A DNA stretch of 53,487 nt. It comes from Armatimonadota bacterium (GTDB lineage: Bacteria > Armatimonadota > Armatimonadia > Armatimonadales > Armatimonadaceae). Made by a program: the position numbers and the translations under genes. The stretch is taken from assembly GCA_043754515.1 (NCBI GenBank), contig JAYUUO010000051.1, forward strand, positions 1-53,487, given 5' to 3'. Shown here in pieces: positions 10,601 to 19,660 of this stretch (its first letter is position 1; the number at the start of each line of letters is the position of its first letter). The notes under the pieces were generated by a model, which was given only the letters and a program-made list of their open reading frames with translations, had not been told where the DNA came from and did no database searches.

Positions 10601-10915
10601 GGGGCGTCTCTGGGCGCGCTCGCCGCGACGAACGAGCTACACGCCGAGGCAACGATGGGCGCGGTCGCCGCCGCGCAGTCGCGCCCGGCGCGGGAGGCGG
10701 AAGTTCTGGAGCAGTATCTGGCGGGGAGTGGAGATGAACGGTTGCGCCGCGTCGCGCTCGCCGCGCTGGTCGCCGTCGGGAATGAAAGCGGGTGGGACGG
10801 GGCGCGGCGCGAGCGGCACGGGGTCTACTGCCGGGACACCTCGCCGCTTGTCGCCGCCGCCGCGCAGTTTACTCTCCTGCCGCCGCTAACCGAAACGGGC
10901 GATCCGGTGGTATAA
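7682..10915 (+). CDS. Large alpha-helical (HEAT/ARM-like repeat) hypothetical protein
   Basis: 1077-aa Leu/Ala/Arg-rich ORF with HEAT-like motifs (NPDADLRSAAL, EQDPVRGVLL, HRDIRVALL, DTSPLVAAAA); no catalytic motif recognised. Confidence 0.7.
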   Translation: MSPRVAELLARFETSTHRERVREMIALGQGSTTDPTNTSILAELEGESFYERLLALYGAQGARDGAAVLRNLAGESHLLRRLAAILVPIVCTDEQALAALRNAARQPRLSLARDLRQARRLAVLDAFARERMEASDTAWGKWLPYCSGEFAREWLPKAIERFDADDWRRLARAHPDIVAESLDALLDAQTEPDRRLRWRLNATLPPLSELRPASALALVIKALRHESPSEVPLGHLAEYLPNVVADLLLAHEGSFAVSLSGQVRRLTPERFLALLTQRREYLPAPTSYLPRIPTALRVAAYEQANFAWRDKDGVIAVAVVAALPASIRETEARRHLALPVMQTRPLSRIPYAAFLPPDEAIAVLNPYLKNPDADLRSAALAARIGTARYHRDTLPDVLRLALGRKNEQDPVRGVLLRALRELPPARWQPEHLDDLGQVIQDALDASDLSHKTGGEAEHLVIALVPFHPEWAALWLAVLVTERGAVSRSKIGTILTDVDVARIAPALLPILSSWVVQEREVHIISAAGAFWSRLRAFTGIAPILESVATSTKSRQMAQSILCMLREHSSERFAALVPGMISADPSIVILSVVHEFLHSRRQDLLTPFLGQKAYVGRFSTGQARFVLPFTSGFHRWTRTQQETFAQTLIRVSRETDRDTPALSTVIVQLAAMPAVKPTRLIELAQTENDKAATRDLALKVLARLDAGQGIPTLVEALTDIRARVAIYALRSALLEMPPSLAFVLLRGAPTDQVTVAKEILRLVGELGTADALPYLLEQAAKPLHRDIRVALLRALWDHIESDDAAAVLLAAASDTDPAVASGVIRIPAERLMERTADTLRAILATLLTHHEPTVRVETLNRCATLPLSDPRRQLLPPLLDRVASPLPDEAGAAASAVFATYGERDADAIGAAITRTLPDRAVLTAVLRVFGSRLNSSRGRLRETTRAVLNALSADPLTARLRAEIALAGLAVADAGASLGALAATNELHAEATMGAVAAAQSRPAREAEVLEQYLAGSGDERLRRVALAALVAVGNESGWDGARRERHGVYCRDTSPLVAAAAQFTLLPPLTETGDPVV

Positions 10916-10923
10916 AAAGCGGC

Positions 10924-11307
10924 ATGCATGCATGGGAGTTCGGCGCGGCGGAAACCGCCGTCAATAGCGCGGTACAGTGGTTGCGGTTGCTGGTCGAAAC
11001 TACAGGCGCATTGATCGTCGCCATCGGGATGACGGTCGCGCTGCGCGAACTCGTCCGCGCGTTGCTTGCCCGAAAAAGTGGCAACTTCTCGGCGATCCGT
11101 CTGATCCTGGCGCGGTACCTCGCGCTCGCGCTGGAGTTCCAACTGGGAGCGGATATACTGTCCACCGCTATCGCGCCGACGTTCCCGCAGATCGGCAAAC
11201 TCGGCGCGATAGCGGTGATCCGCACAGCGCTCAACTACTTCTTGTCGCGGGAGATAGCGGCGGAACGGGGCGCGGTTCTCCCGCCGGATGTCGCCGACGC
11301 GCCCTAG
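10924..11307 (+). CDS. DUF1622 family membrane protein
   Basis: LALALEFQLGADILSTAIAPT...LGAIAVIRTALNYFL signature. Confidence 0.85.
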   Translation: MHAWEFGAAETAVNSAVQWLRLLVETTGALIVAIGMTVALRELVRALLARKSGNFSAIRLILARYLALALEFQLGADILSTAIAPTFPQIGKLGAIAVIRTALNYFLSREIAAERGAVLPPDVADAP

Positions 11308-11353
11308 GCTGAGTCGCCAGGGACCAACTGGTTCCCTGGCAAGTCCACTACTT

Positions 11354-12634
11354 CTACGCCGCGACCAGAAACGGCGTGTTCGCGGTCGCCGCTGTCTTGT
11401 TCGCTGCGTCGCGCACGGTCAGATAAAGCCGGTACGCGCCGGGCACGGCCGGTGCCGTGAAGTTCGCGGTGCCGTCATTTGACGCCGCGACGTGAACCGG
11501 TTCGGGTAACTTCTGGCCAGGCTCGTGCCGCGCCTCCTCGATCTTCTCCGGGCGGATGACGTACTCGTAGGTGAGCGGCGTCACGGAGCGGACCACGGCG
11601 GTGACGGTCTGTGGCGAGCTGGGCTTGACTTCTTTTTCGGCGACGCTCGTCTGGAACGCCATGATATCCGGCGCGTTCTGAACACTCCATTTGCCCGTCC
11701 ACAGGAACGAAAGGGCGTCCGTCGCGCCGAGCCGTTCCCCGGTGCCGTGGACGAACAAGCCGTACCACGTCTGCGTCCCCTCGACCTTGTCCCCCCACAC
11801 GAACGCATAGGAGCCGAGGCACGTGGGCTGGCCTTGTATCGAGCGCAGGTAGTTGCCGAGGTAAACGCGGGCTTTCTCCGTGGAACTCAGTTCGAGCGGC
11901 GCGTTCCATTTCGTCTTGCCGACCTCCCAGGTTCCGTTCGGGCCGAACTCGGTCACCATGTAGGGCTTCGTGATGCCCGCCGCTTTCAGCCGGTCTGCGA
12001 GCGACGCCAGCCCGCCGTATGAGTTGATCCCGATTACATCAATATCGGGACACAGCGTCTGAATCGCCTTCGCCTTCGCCGCGTCCGCCCCGATCTCCGC
12101 GATAACAGTCATCGTCGGGTGGTTCGGGTCTTCGCCGCGCGCCATCGCCGCGATCTGTTGCACCGCCTCCCAGACATGGGGGATGTTCCCGTCGCCCTCC
12201 ATCTCGTTCCCGATGCCCCACGCGAGGAGCGCGGGGTGGTTCTTGAACTCGCGGACTACGTTGCGGGCGGTCTCGAACTGTTCGCGCACCATCTTCGGGT
12301 CGTCGTATTTGAAGCCGTGTTCGGCGTGCCCGAGCCAGATGCCGACGGTCACGGTCAGACCGAGCGCGTGCGCGGCGTCCAGGTCACGCCGGGCGGTGTC
12401 CGCGCCCCAGGTGCGGATGGAGTTCCCGCCGAGCGACCTGAGCAGGGCGAGTTGCTCGTGCCCCCCGGCACCGCGCACGAAGTACGGCTTGCCGTCGCGC
12501 GTCATCGTGTAGCCCGCGCCGTCGCGGACAATCCGGGTTATACCGGACGACGGCACGGCTTGCGCGCCCGTGCCTTTTCCCGCCGCGACGGCAAGCGAGA
12601 CGACGCCCGCCTTGATAAGATCTCTACGGTTCAT
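11354..12634 (-). CDS. Tat-exported clan GH-A glycoside hydrolase (GH2 TIM-barrel-like) with a C-terminal Ig-like domain
   Basis: Tat signal MNRRDLIK; GGNSIRTW; WGIGNE (acid/base); VTEFG (nucleophile). Confidence 0.8.
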   Translation of the reverse strand: MNRRDLIKAGVVSLAVAAGKGTGAQAVPSSGITRIVRDGAGYTMTRDGKPYFVRGAGGHEQLALLRSLGGNSIRTWGADTARRDLDAAHALGLTVTVGIWLGHAEHGFKYDDPKMVREQFETARNVVREFKNHPALLAWGIGNEMEGDGNIPHVWEAVQQIAAMARGEDPNHPTMTVIAEIGADAAKAKAIQTLCPDIDVIGINSYGGLASLADRLKAAGITKPYMVTEFGPNGTWEVGKTKWNAPLELSSTEKARVYLGNYLRSIQGQPTCLGSYAFVWGDKVEGTQTWYGLFVHGTGERLGATDALSFLWTGKWSVQNAPDIMAFQTSVAEKEVKPSSPQTVTAVVRSVTPLTYEYVIRPEKIEEARHEPGQKLPEPVHVAASNDGTANFTAPAVPGAYRLYLTVRDAANKTAATANTPFLVAA

Positions 12635-12757
12635 TGTGCTTCTCCATATGGGAACTGGCGGGATGAAGTTGAACGTCACATCCATCCCGCCGACACCTCG
12701 TTAGGCGACCAGTTGACTCCGAATACTACGAAATCACACTGCCCTCCTCAAGAAAAC

Positions 12758-12982
12758 CTACTTGTTTTGAGTACCTTGATAACCCTTGTACGTCATTCCC
12801 TTTGGCACGACACCGGGCGGCGGGGTCGCCGTCACGCCCGTGTCGGATGGGGACGACGCGGCGGCGGCATTAGCGGATGGCGCGGTAACCGGGAGAGGCC
12901 CCGCTTCTTTTTTGCTGTCGCATCCACTGGTACCACCCGCTGTTATCGTCGCCACGGCTATCATGACATAGAAGCGCATCAT
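12758..12982 (-). CDS. Small lipoprotein downstream of DUF1559 copy 3
   Basis: Hydrophobic signal ending TSG-C; GAGGAGG RBS lies within the upstream gene end. Confidence 0.65.
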   Translation of the reverse strand: MMRFYVMIAVATITAGGTSGCDSKKEAGPLPVTAPSANAAAASSPSDTGVTATPPPGVVPKGMTYKGYQGTQNK

Positions 12983-12984
12983 AT

Positions 12985-13827
12985 TCAATCCTCCTCATTC
13001 GTGAGGAGCGGCATTATCCCCTTGGCGTTCTTCTGAGCGAGAGTTTCGAGTCGGTACCACTTGACGTGCCCGTCTACGAAGGTTGTATTCAGCCCGCCGT
13101 TGTGTCGCGCGATTACTTCCCCCAACTGTTGCGGCTTTGTTTCCGTGACTACTCGCGCGTAGGGATTGTTTTTGTTGTCCCAGGCGAACTCACCGATAAT
13201 GGGCCAGTAGTACGACGTGAATTGGGATAAACCTTGCGCCTTCCAGTCGGCAAAATGCACCGTACCGGCGGGGACGCGGACATCACTTAGCGTGATCGGT
13301 TGCGGGTTAGCCCAGTTCCCGATCCCGTATGCCGGCGCGGTCACCCCATCCGTGTGGTCATAATATGTGTTGTTCATGCCATAAGATCCGGGGTTCGTAC
13401 AGCTATTGAACTTGTTCGCCGCGTGATTGGGGTCCCCGGGAGGGGGGGTCCGGTGGAAAGTCGAGTCGTAAGGGCTTCCTCCGAGTTGTGCGTCCTCCGG
13501 GCAGTTGAAAATCTGGTCGTTTTTGGTGAAAATCCAGAGTAGATCCTGCCACCGCTGATCGCCCGGATGGCCGTTGCCCCATCCCGAGTAGCCGATCCAT
13601 GAGGGGACGAGGGTTTCGTCATAGTCCTGCGTGTACATCATCGCGGCGATGCCGATCTGCTTCATATTCGATAGGCACGCGGCCTGTCGGGCCTTGGCGC
13701 GTGCCTGGGCAAAGACAGGAAACAAGATTGCCGCCAGAATGGCGATTATCGCTATCACGACTAGCAACTCGATCAGTGTAAATCCGGTCTTTTTGCGTCC
13801 GGCTGTAGAAACAGTAGTGACTGTCAT
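12985..13827 (-). CDS. Prepilin-type N-methylation / DUF1559 protein (copy 3)
   Basis: [34 protein letters not shown]. Confidence 0.9.
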   Translation of the reverse strand: MTVTTVSTAGRKKTGFTLIELLVVIAIIAILAAILFPVFAQARAKARQAACLSNMKQIGIAAMMYTQDYDETLVPSWIGYSGWGNGHPGDQRWQDLLWIFTKNDQIFNCPEDAQLGGSPYDSTFHRTPPPGDPNHAANKFNSCTNPGSYGMNNTYYDHTDGVTAPAYGIGNWANPQPITLSDVRVPAGTVHFADWKAQGLSQFTSYYWPIIGEFAWDNKNNPYARVVTETKPQQLGEVIARHNGGLNTTFVDGHVKWYRLETLAQKNAKGIMPLLTNEED

Positions 13828-13906
13828 AGATTTGGTTTCTTTCTAAACGATTCCCGACATCGGGAGGACTATGCCGCTTTCAGGAACACGGCGGGAAATC
13901 GCACTG

Positions 13907-14956
13907 CTACGCGGTGTCTCCTTCGAGAAGATATACAGGGAGCGTTGTAACCGGGGACACCGGCTCGCGCTCCTCCGGCGCGGTAAAACGCGCTTCGATC
14001 TGATCAGCGAGTAAAGTCATCGCCAACTCGCCGATGTTGTTCCAGTTCGCGCCCGCCGTTACGAGACGGCGGGGCGTCAGGTTCGGGTCAAGTAACCCGT
14101 CGAATCCGACAACGGCTAGGCCGCCGGGCACCCGTAATCCCGCCTCCCCGCAACGCCGAATCAGGTCGTAAGCCGCCAGGTCGTTCCAGCAAAGAACGGC
14201 GGTTGGCGGCTCCTCCACTGCGCGGATGCGTGATAGCGCGGGCGATGTATCTTCAATCTCGATAGCGAATGTCGGTGCCTTGTCGCCCGCGTCCCGCGCC
14301 CGCATCTCATCCAGGAACACGCGTACGCGGCGTTCCACGGACGCGAACGGGGTGCGAGGGTGTACATAGGCCATGTGTCGGTGCCCCTTCTCCCACAGGT
14401 GCGCGACCAAGGCGCGGGTGCCCGCTTCATCGTCACAAACCACGGACGGGATGCCGGGCAGCGCGTCCGCGATAGCGACCACCGGGAGTGTTCGGTTCTC
14501 CGCGAGCCGCGCCGCAAGTGGGTCGCCCGCGTGCGTGTGGAGGAACAGGCCGTCCACGCGCCCGTCAACAAGTTCGGCGTATATATCGTCCGTGGACGCG
14601 CCCCGGAAAACGCCGTGCAGGAGGACGTCCATCCGCAGTCTACTCGCCGCCTGTTGGAGACTGCCGATTATCGCCGCGAGAAAGGCGTTGCGGGCGTCGA
14701 GGTAGCCGTAGCCCGTGTAAAACCCCACGATGTTGGTCCGGCGGCGGCGCAACGACCGCGCGACGGCGTTCGGGCGGTACTCCATCGCACGCGCGGCTTC
14801 CATGACGCGGGCGCGGGTCTCTTCGGCGACACGGTGGCCCGCCGCGCCGGTGAGGATGCGCGAAACAGTCGGCTGTGACAGCCCGAGGGCGTCGCCGATG
14901 TCCTTAGCCGTTACAGCGCTATCTTTACGTTCGCCGCGTCGCATTCCGTTGTTCAT
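13907..14956 (-). CDS. LacI family transcriptional regulator
   Basis: HTH TAKDIGDALGLSQPTVSRIL, hinge YRPNAVARSL, VVGFD. Confidence 0.93.
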   Translation of the reverse strand: MNNGMRRGERKDSAVTAKDIGDALGLSQPTVSRILTGAAGHRVAEETRARVMEAARAMEYRPNAVARSLRRRRTNIVGFYTGYGYLDARNAFLAAIIGSLQQAASRLRMDVLLHGVFRGASTDDIYAELVDGRVDGLFLHTHAGDPLAARLAENRTLPVVAIADALPGIPSVVCDDEAGTRALVAHLWEKGHRHMAYVHPRTPFASVERRVRVFLDEMRARDAGDKAPTFAIEIEDTSPALSRIRAVEEPPTAVLCWNDLAAYDLIRRCGEAGLRVPGGLAVVGFDGLLDPNLTPRRLVTAGANWNNIGELAMTLLADQIEARFTAPEEREPVSPVTTLPVYLLEGDTA

Positions 14957-14990
14957 CTTTTTTTACTCTAACGGGCTACGCAAAAGGAAT

Positions 14991-15008
14991 TGCGTATACG
15001 TATGCGCA
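14991..15008. promoter_or_regulatory. LacI-type operator palindrome
   Basis: TGCGTATACGTATGCGCA with central CG, 35 bp upstream of the LacI start. Confidence 0.7.
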
Positions 15009-15107
15009 GATTGTATACCAAGGAACGCACGCTGTCAAGGTGGGGATACTGCCACTGCGGCGGTAGCGCGACCGTTTACACGCCGCTCCACGCGGGAAAA
15101 ACGATAC

Positions 15108-16196
15108 GTGAACCACAAAGTAACATCTACGAGCGAGCATGATATTCCCAACCGGGTCGCGGCGAAAACTGCCGAGCTGTGCTATGTATCGGACGACACG
15201 TCAGGCATCCGCCGCGAAGGGGACAAAGAAAACGGGTTCCGCTACGTCGCCCCGGACGGCTCCGAAGTGACGGATGAGGCGACGCTGGAGCGGATACGGA
15301 AGATCGCGTTCCCACCCGCCTACACAGAAACATGGCTCTGCCCGCGCTCTAACGGCCACCTTCAAGCGACAGGGCGCGATGCGAAGGGGCGTAAGCAGTA
15401 TCGCTACCACGCAAGGTGGCGCGAAACGCGCGACGCGAGCAAGTATGACCACATGATGGCGTTCGGTGACGCCTTGCCGGGTATCCGCGCCCGCGTCGCC
15501 ACTGACCTTGCGCGGCGCGGTCTGCCCCGCGAAAAGGTGCTGGCGACCGTGGTGTACCTGCTAGAAACTACCCGCATCCGTGTTGGCAACGAGGAGTACG
15601 CGCAGACCAATCATCACTACGGTTTGACCACGCTCCGACACCAGCACGTCTCGGTACACGGCGAGACGTTGAAGTTCTCGTTCGTCGGGAAGGTGGGCGT
15701 CCGGCACCGGCTGGAGATCAAGAGCCGCCGGCTCGCTCGCATCGTGCGAAGCGTGCGCGACCTGCCGGGACAGGAGCTCTTCCAGTATATAGATGCCCAC
15801 ACCGGCGAAATCAGGCCGATCCACTCCGACGACGTGAACGAGTACCTGCGCGCGATCACGGGCGAACCGTTCACCGCGAAAGACTTCCGGACATGGGCGG
15901 GAACCATGCTGTGCGCGATGGAACTTGCCGCGTTCGAGACGGTGTCCACGCACGAGGCGGTTCAGGAGAACGTGATCAGGGCGATCAACAAGGTCGCGGC
16001 GCATCTCGGCAACACACCGTCGGTCTGCCGGAAGTCCTACATCCACCCGGCGATACTGGACGCATATATGGGGCCGGGGTTGCCGGACACGCTTAAACCG
16101 GGGCTGTCCGCGGTTGCCGAAGTGCCGTCCGGGGTGCTACTGCCGGAGGAACGGGCGGTGTTGCAATACCTGCGGGCGCAGTCCGTTTCTCAGTAG
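15108..16196 (+). CDS. Bacterial DNA topoisomerase IB
   Basis: HLQATGRDAKGRKQYRYH, IRVGNEEY, FVGK, AKDFRTW, HLGNTPSVCRKSYIHP (catalytic Tyr). Start placed at GTG 15108. Confidence 0.93.
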   Translation: MNHKVTSTSEHDIPNRVAAKTAELCYVSDDTSGIRREGDKENGFRYVAPDGSEVTDEATLERIRKIAFPPAYTETWLCPRSNGHLQATGRDAKGRKQYRYHARWRETRDASKYDHMMAFGDALPGIRARVATDLARRGLPREKVLATVVYLLETTRIRVGNEEYAQTNHHYGLTTLRHQHVSVHGETLKFSFVGKVGVRHRLEIKSRRLARIVRSVRDLPGQELFQYIDAHTGEIRPIHSDDVNEYLRAITGEPFTAKDFRTWAGTMLCAMELAAFETVSTHEAVQENVIRAINKVAAHLGNTPSVCRKSYIHPAILDAYMGPGLPDTLKPGLSAVAEVPSGVLLPEERAVLQYLRAQSVSQ

Positions 16197-16264
16197 CGCG
16201 ATATGGCCTGTGGGACGCCATGGGCGCGGCATCGCCGCGCCCCGCGCCATCCGACCGGTCGGTA

Positions 16265-16537
16265 TCAGCCCTTCGGTTTAGCCGCATCGCCTTTTTTGGT
16301 CTGCTCCTGGATCTGCTTGATCAGCATCTCTTTCTGAGTGTCCGGGATGTTGGGGTTCGCTTTGACCTTCGCCACCATCTCGTCGGTGCTTACGGCGGGT
16401 GCCGCCTTGCCGGGTGTTCCGGCCCCGGCGGTTCCGGGGGCAGGGGGCGATGAGCATCCGGTCATCACCCCGATGAGCGCGAATAGCAGGATGAGCGCCG
16501 CGAACGCGGCGCGGCGCGTGAATACTCTGGGTGTCAT
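16265..16537 (-). CDS. Small lipoprotein downstream of DUF1559 copy 4
   Basis: Signal RRAAFAALILLFALIGVMTG-C, Pro/Ala linker, C-terminal helix NPNIPDTQKEMLIKQI. Confidence 0.75.
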   Translation of the reverse strand: MTPRVFTRRAAFAALILLFALIGVMTGCSSPPAPGTAGAGTPGKAAPAVSTDEMVAKVKANPNIPDTQKEMLIKQIQEQTKKGDAAKPKG

Positions 16538-16656
16538 TGTTGGATATAAATTTCTGGGAGATGAGTCGCCCCCCGCCCCGCCGCTCATTCACACAGACGG
16601 GCGGGGTGGGGAGCACTGTCAGGGCGCGGGTCCGATAACTACCCGCGAAGCCGGGG

Positions 16657-17565
16657 CTACTTGTAGCCGGGGCAACCCCAAGACTGATCATAGAGCCAGT
16701 CAATCGGCCCGTTATCGTACGACTTGATCATGCCAAGGAACAGCACGTTCTTGCAGTAGTTCATCGAGCCTTTCGTCATAGACTTGGCGTGGCCGTCGGC
16801 GAACAGCATGTTGGCCGACTTGGTGTGACGGTAGCGGGGCATCAACGTGTAGAACACCTGGTTAGAGTCGGATCCGGGAACCAGATCCTTATCGAACTGG
16901 GCACCGCCGTTCACGCCGGTGAACTGCGGGGGCCAACCGCCGGGCATGAGCGGGCCACCGCCCTGCACCCACCAGTCCTCGGTCATGCCGCGGACATCGG
17001 AGACGTTGTTGTCGTCGCTACCCATTTCGGTGACCAGAATTGTGTCCGAGACGCGCGGCAGGTTTGACAAAGTAACCGCAGGCCACTCAGTCGTTTTGTT
17101 CGTGGTGAACGGGTCGTGGAAGATGGCGCTGTGCGCCCCATAGGTGTACTTCCCGTCGGCGAAACTCGGACAACTGAATACGCCACCGCTGACGCTTTTG
17201 ACCGCGCCATCACCCGCCGCGTTGTTGCTGACAGTGCCAGGGTTGCCGTTCTTGATGTAGGGAGTCAGGACGACGCGCCAGTCGGACGTCGCGCCGGTGC
17301 TGTCTACGAACTTGGAGAGGGGATACGTCTCCTCGAAGTCTTGGACATACATCATGGAAGCGGTGCCGATCTGCTTCATGTTGGAGATGCAGGATATCTG
17401 CCGCGCCTTTTCCCGAGCCTGTGCGAACACGGGGAACAGTATCGCGGCGAGGATCGCGATAATGGCGATAACAACAAGCAACTCGATCAGTGTAAAGGCG
17501 GAGCGTTTGACGCGGGTGAAAGCGTTGCGCGCGGCACGCGTCAGGGTGGTTGTATTGGTCTTCAT
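16657..17565 (-). CDS. Prepilin-type N-methylation / DUF1559 protein (copy 4)
   Basis: [38 protein letters not shown]. Confidence 0.9.
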   Translation of the reverse strand: MKTNTTTLTRAARNAFTRVKRSAFTLIELLVVIAIIAILAAILFPVFAQAREKARQISCISNMKQIGTASMMYVQDFEETYPLSKFVDSTGATSDWRVVLTPYIKNGNPGTVSNNAAGDGAVKSVSGGVFSCPSFADGKYTYGAHSAIFHDPFTTNKTTEWPAVTLSNLPRVSDTILVTEMGSDDNNVSDVRGMTEDWWVQGGGPLMPGGWPPQFTGVNGGAQFDKDLVPGSDSNQVFYTLMPRYRHTKSANMLFADGHAKSMTKGSMNYCKNVLFLGMIKSYDNGPIDWLYDQSWGCPGYK

Positions 17566-17834
17566 TCGTTGTAGGTACTTTCCTTGGTTGTCCGGTCCCT
17601 CCGTGGGACCGTCTACGATACTTCGCGCTATCGGGTGCCGGCTTACATAATCAGCTACATGTCACTGCCGACGTCATGCCCGCGTGTTGCTTTGAGAACC
17701 GCCGCGCGGCACGCCCTTCCATGGACGACTCCGCTGATCTCCCCAAACTCTTGCCGGTATGGGGGCGCGTTCTTCACCCCGAGCACACGTCAAACAATCC
17801 GCGGTGAACCGGCTAATGCCTAATCGCGATACGT

Positions 17835-17852
17835 TGCGCATTCGTATGCGCA
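17835..17852. promoter_or_regulatory. Second copy of the LacI-type operator
   Basis: TGCGCATTCGTATGCGCA, 16/18 identical to 14991-15008; about 270 bp upstream of DUF1559 copy 4. Confidence 0.65.
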
Positions 17853-17976
17853 CATATTATCGTAAGACATGCACGTTGTCAAGGACGTCCCGAGGAAATT
17901 TGTTCCGGCACCGAGTTTGATCGCTATAGAGCCTTCAGACTGCCGATGGAAAGGGATAAGACTGTTACAATCCGCT

Positions 17977-18333
17977 ATGTACGAAACATTCCCGCGCGAC
18001 GAGAGGCCGGTGCTAGTCCTCACGTTGCCCGTGACGGAGACGGCGACCCGAGACGCCATAGCCAGGTATCTAGGGTGGCTAGCCTCGTATCCGAAGATCC
18101 AGTGCGTGGTGGGTGATCGCGAGCCGTTCGGCGACGACATCTGGATCTATTATTACCAGTCCGCTGAGTACGTTCGGACGGGAGATTTCAATACGATGCT
18201 CGTCGGGAACGCCCCGTTTCTCGTTGATGTTACGACGGGCGAAGTGTTTGTGACGGGGACGGTGGAATTACCAGAGGAGTATGTCGCGGCGTACAGGAAT
18301 GTCAGAGCGTCGAAGATGAAGATATCGAGGTGA
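17977..18333 (+). CDS. YrhB / Imm35-like immunity protein
   Basis: WIYYYQSAEYVRTGDFNTMLVGNAPFLVDVTTGEVFVTGT...EEYVAAY resembles the YrhB/Imm35 pattern. Confidence 0.7.
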   Translation: MYETFPRDERPVLVLTLPVTETATRDAIARYLGWLASYPKIQCVVGDREPFGDDIWIYYYQSAEYVRTGDFNTMLVGNAPFLVDVTTGEVFVTGTVELPEEYVAAYRNVRASKMKISR

Positions 18334-18467
18334 TTCGAGTTGCGCGGCATGATCAAAAAAATAATTTAAAATATATCTTCGCATTCGCGTGGTTTGGCAT
18401 GTATCCTGCAAACAGTGATGATCGCACGAGAAACACCATGACTAGCCCGGCTTGTGGACCGAAAGGT

Positions 18468-19376
18468 TCACGCCGGGCATTTTTTTGCGTCAGGCAACAG
18501 CGCGTTTATTCGGGTCAGCGCGTCCAGCGCGCCGAGCGGCAGACCGACCCGCGCCCCGCGCACCGGCAATACACACTCGCGCGGGTTGATCCGTATCAGC
18601 GTCCCGCTGAGTGTGTCCGCGACGCGCTCCGACAGCAGGCGCACCGTCGGGATCGCCTGACCCGCCCCGATTTCCACCACGGCTACCATCCCGCCCCTTT
18701 CCAGCACCCCGGAAAGCCACTCCTCTAGAAGGCGCGTTTGTGCTTCGGAGCGGGTGTGTTGCCACCGCCAGTCGTTGAACATCAGCACGTTGGGGCGCGC
18801 GATCGTGAGGCACTTCGGGCAACGCGGTAGGGACGTCAGCGCGGTCAGCGTCGCCTCATCCACCGCGACCCCGTCATCGTCCGCGCTCCATATGTCCCAC
18901 GAACAGCCGTAGAGACATTGCAGGTGGTGGAGCGAGCCGTGGCACTCGACGATCCGCTCCGGGTCGAAGCCAGCCTTCTGAAACTGGCCGTCCACGTTCG
19001 AGGTGAACACGAACGCGCCGAAGCACTTGGAGTCCGCCCAATGCTTCAGGATCGCGAAGCCGGGATGCGGGGTAGTGGCGCGATACAGGTTCAGCCGGTG
19101 TCCGTAAAAGCCCCACGCTAGCGTCGGCTCGTCATAGAACCGCTCCTGGGACGCGATTTGAGTAAAGCCGATACCTGCCTCTTTCAGCGGTGGGTACGCC
19201 TTCCAAAAGCCGTCGTCGCCGCGAAAATCCGGCAAGCCGGAGTCAACGCCCATCCCCGCCCCGGCGCAGATCAGTAGCGCGTCGGCGTCGCGTATCACGT
19301 CTGCGGCCCGCCGAAGATCGCCCGCGATTTTAGATTCGTCGCTCGCTGGCGGTTTTTTGGAGTCAGCGTTTGGCAT
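18468..19376 (-). CDS. Sir2/sirtuin family NAD-dependent protein deacylase
   Basis: GAGMGVDSGLPDFRG, TSNVDG, ECHGS, Zn cysteines (CLYGC, CPKC), RPNVLMF. Confidence 0.92.
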   Translation of the reverse strand: MPNADSKKPPASDESKIAGDLRRAADVIRDADALLICAGAGMGVDSGLPDFRGDDGFWKAYPPLKEAGIGFTQIASQERFYDEPTLAWGFYGHRLNLYRATTPHPGFAILKHWADSKCFGAFVFTSNVDGQFQKAGFDPERIVECHGSLHHLQCLYGCSWDIWSADDDGVAVDEATLTALTSLPRCPKCLTIARPNVLMFNDWRWQHTRSEAQTRLLEEWLSGVLERGGMVAVVEIGAGQAIPTVRLLSERVADTLSGTLIRINPRECVLPVRGARVGLPLGALDALTRINALLPDAKKCPA

Positions 19377-19478
19377 GGATATACTTTCGATCATATCACC
19401 GCCCGCTCACCCACCGCGCCTACGATAACACACCCGATTTAGCAACGGGTCTATGATGCAATAAGCCCCACGGGTGCC

Positions 19479-19508
19479 GTAGGGCGGTCTATGAGATGAC
19501 CGCCCTAC
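19479..19508. repeat. GTAG-type REP-like palindrome
   Basis: GTAGGGCGGTC-tatgagat-GACCGCCCTAC. Confidence 0.55.
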
Positions 19509-19660
19509 AGGGTGCCGCCACCGTCCGCGATTCGCCCACTGTTCAGCGGGTATATCCGCCTCCGACGGGCGGCACGGAAAAGGAGCTGACTGACCGGGGT
19601 AGGGAGTAGCCTGCTAAAACAGGCGCGACCGCGACGGGCACGCAACCCAGATAGAAACGA

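Noticed and set aside
14730..15107. N-terminal extension of the topoisomerase ORF
   Set aside because: Overlaps the LacI gene and operator; homology starts near 15108.
18468..19376. Sirtuin as a Thoeris/DSR-type defence NADase
   Set aside because: It has the Zn-binding module and size of a stand-alone deacylase and no partner defence genes.
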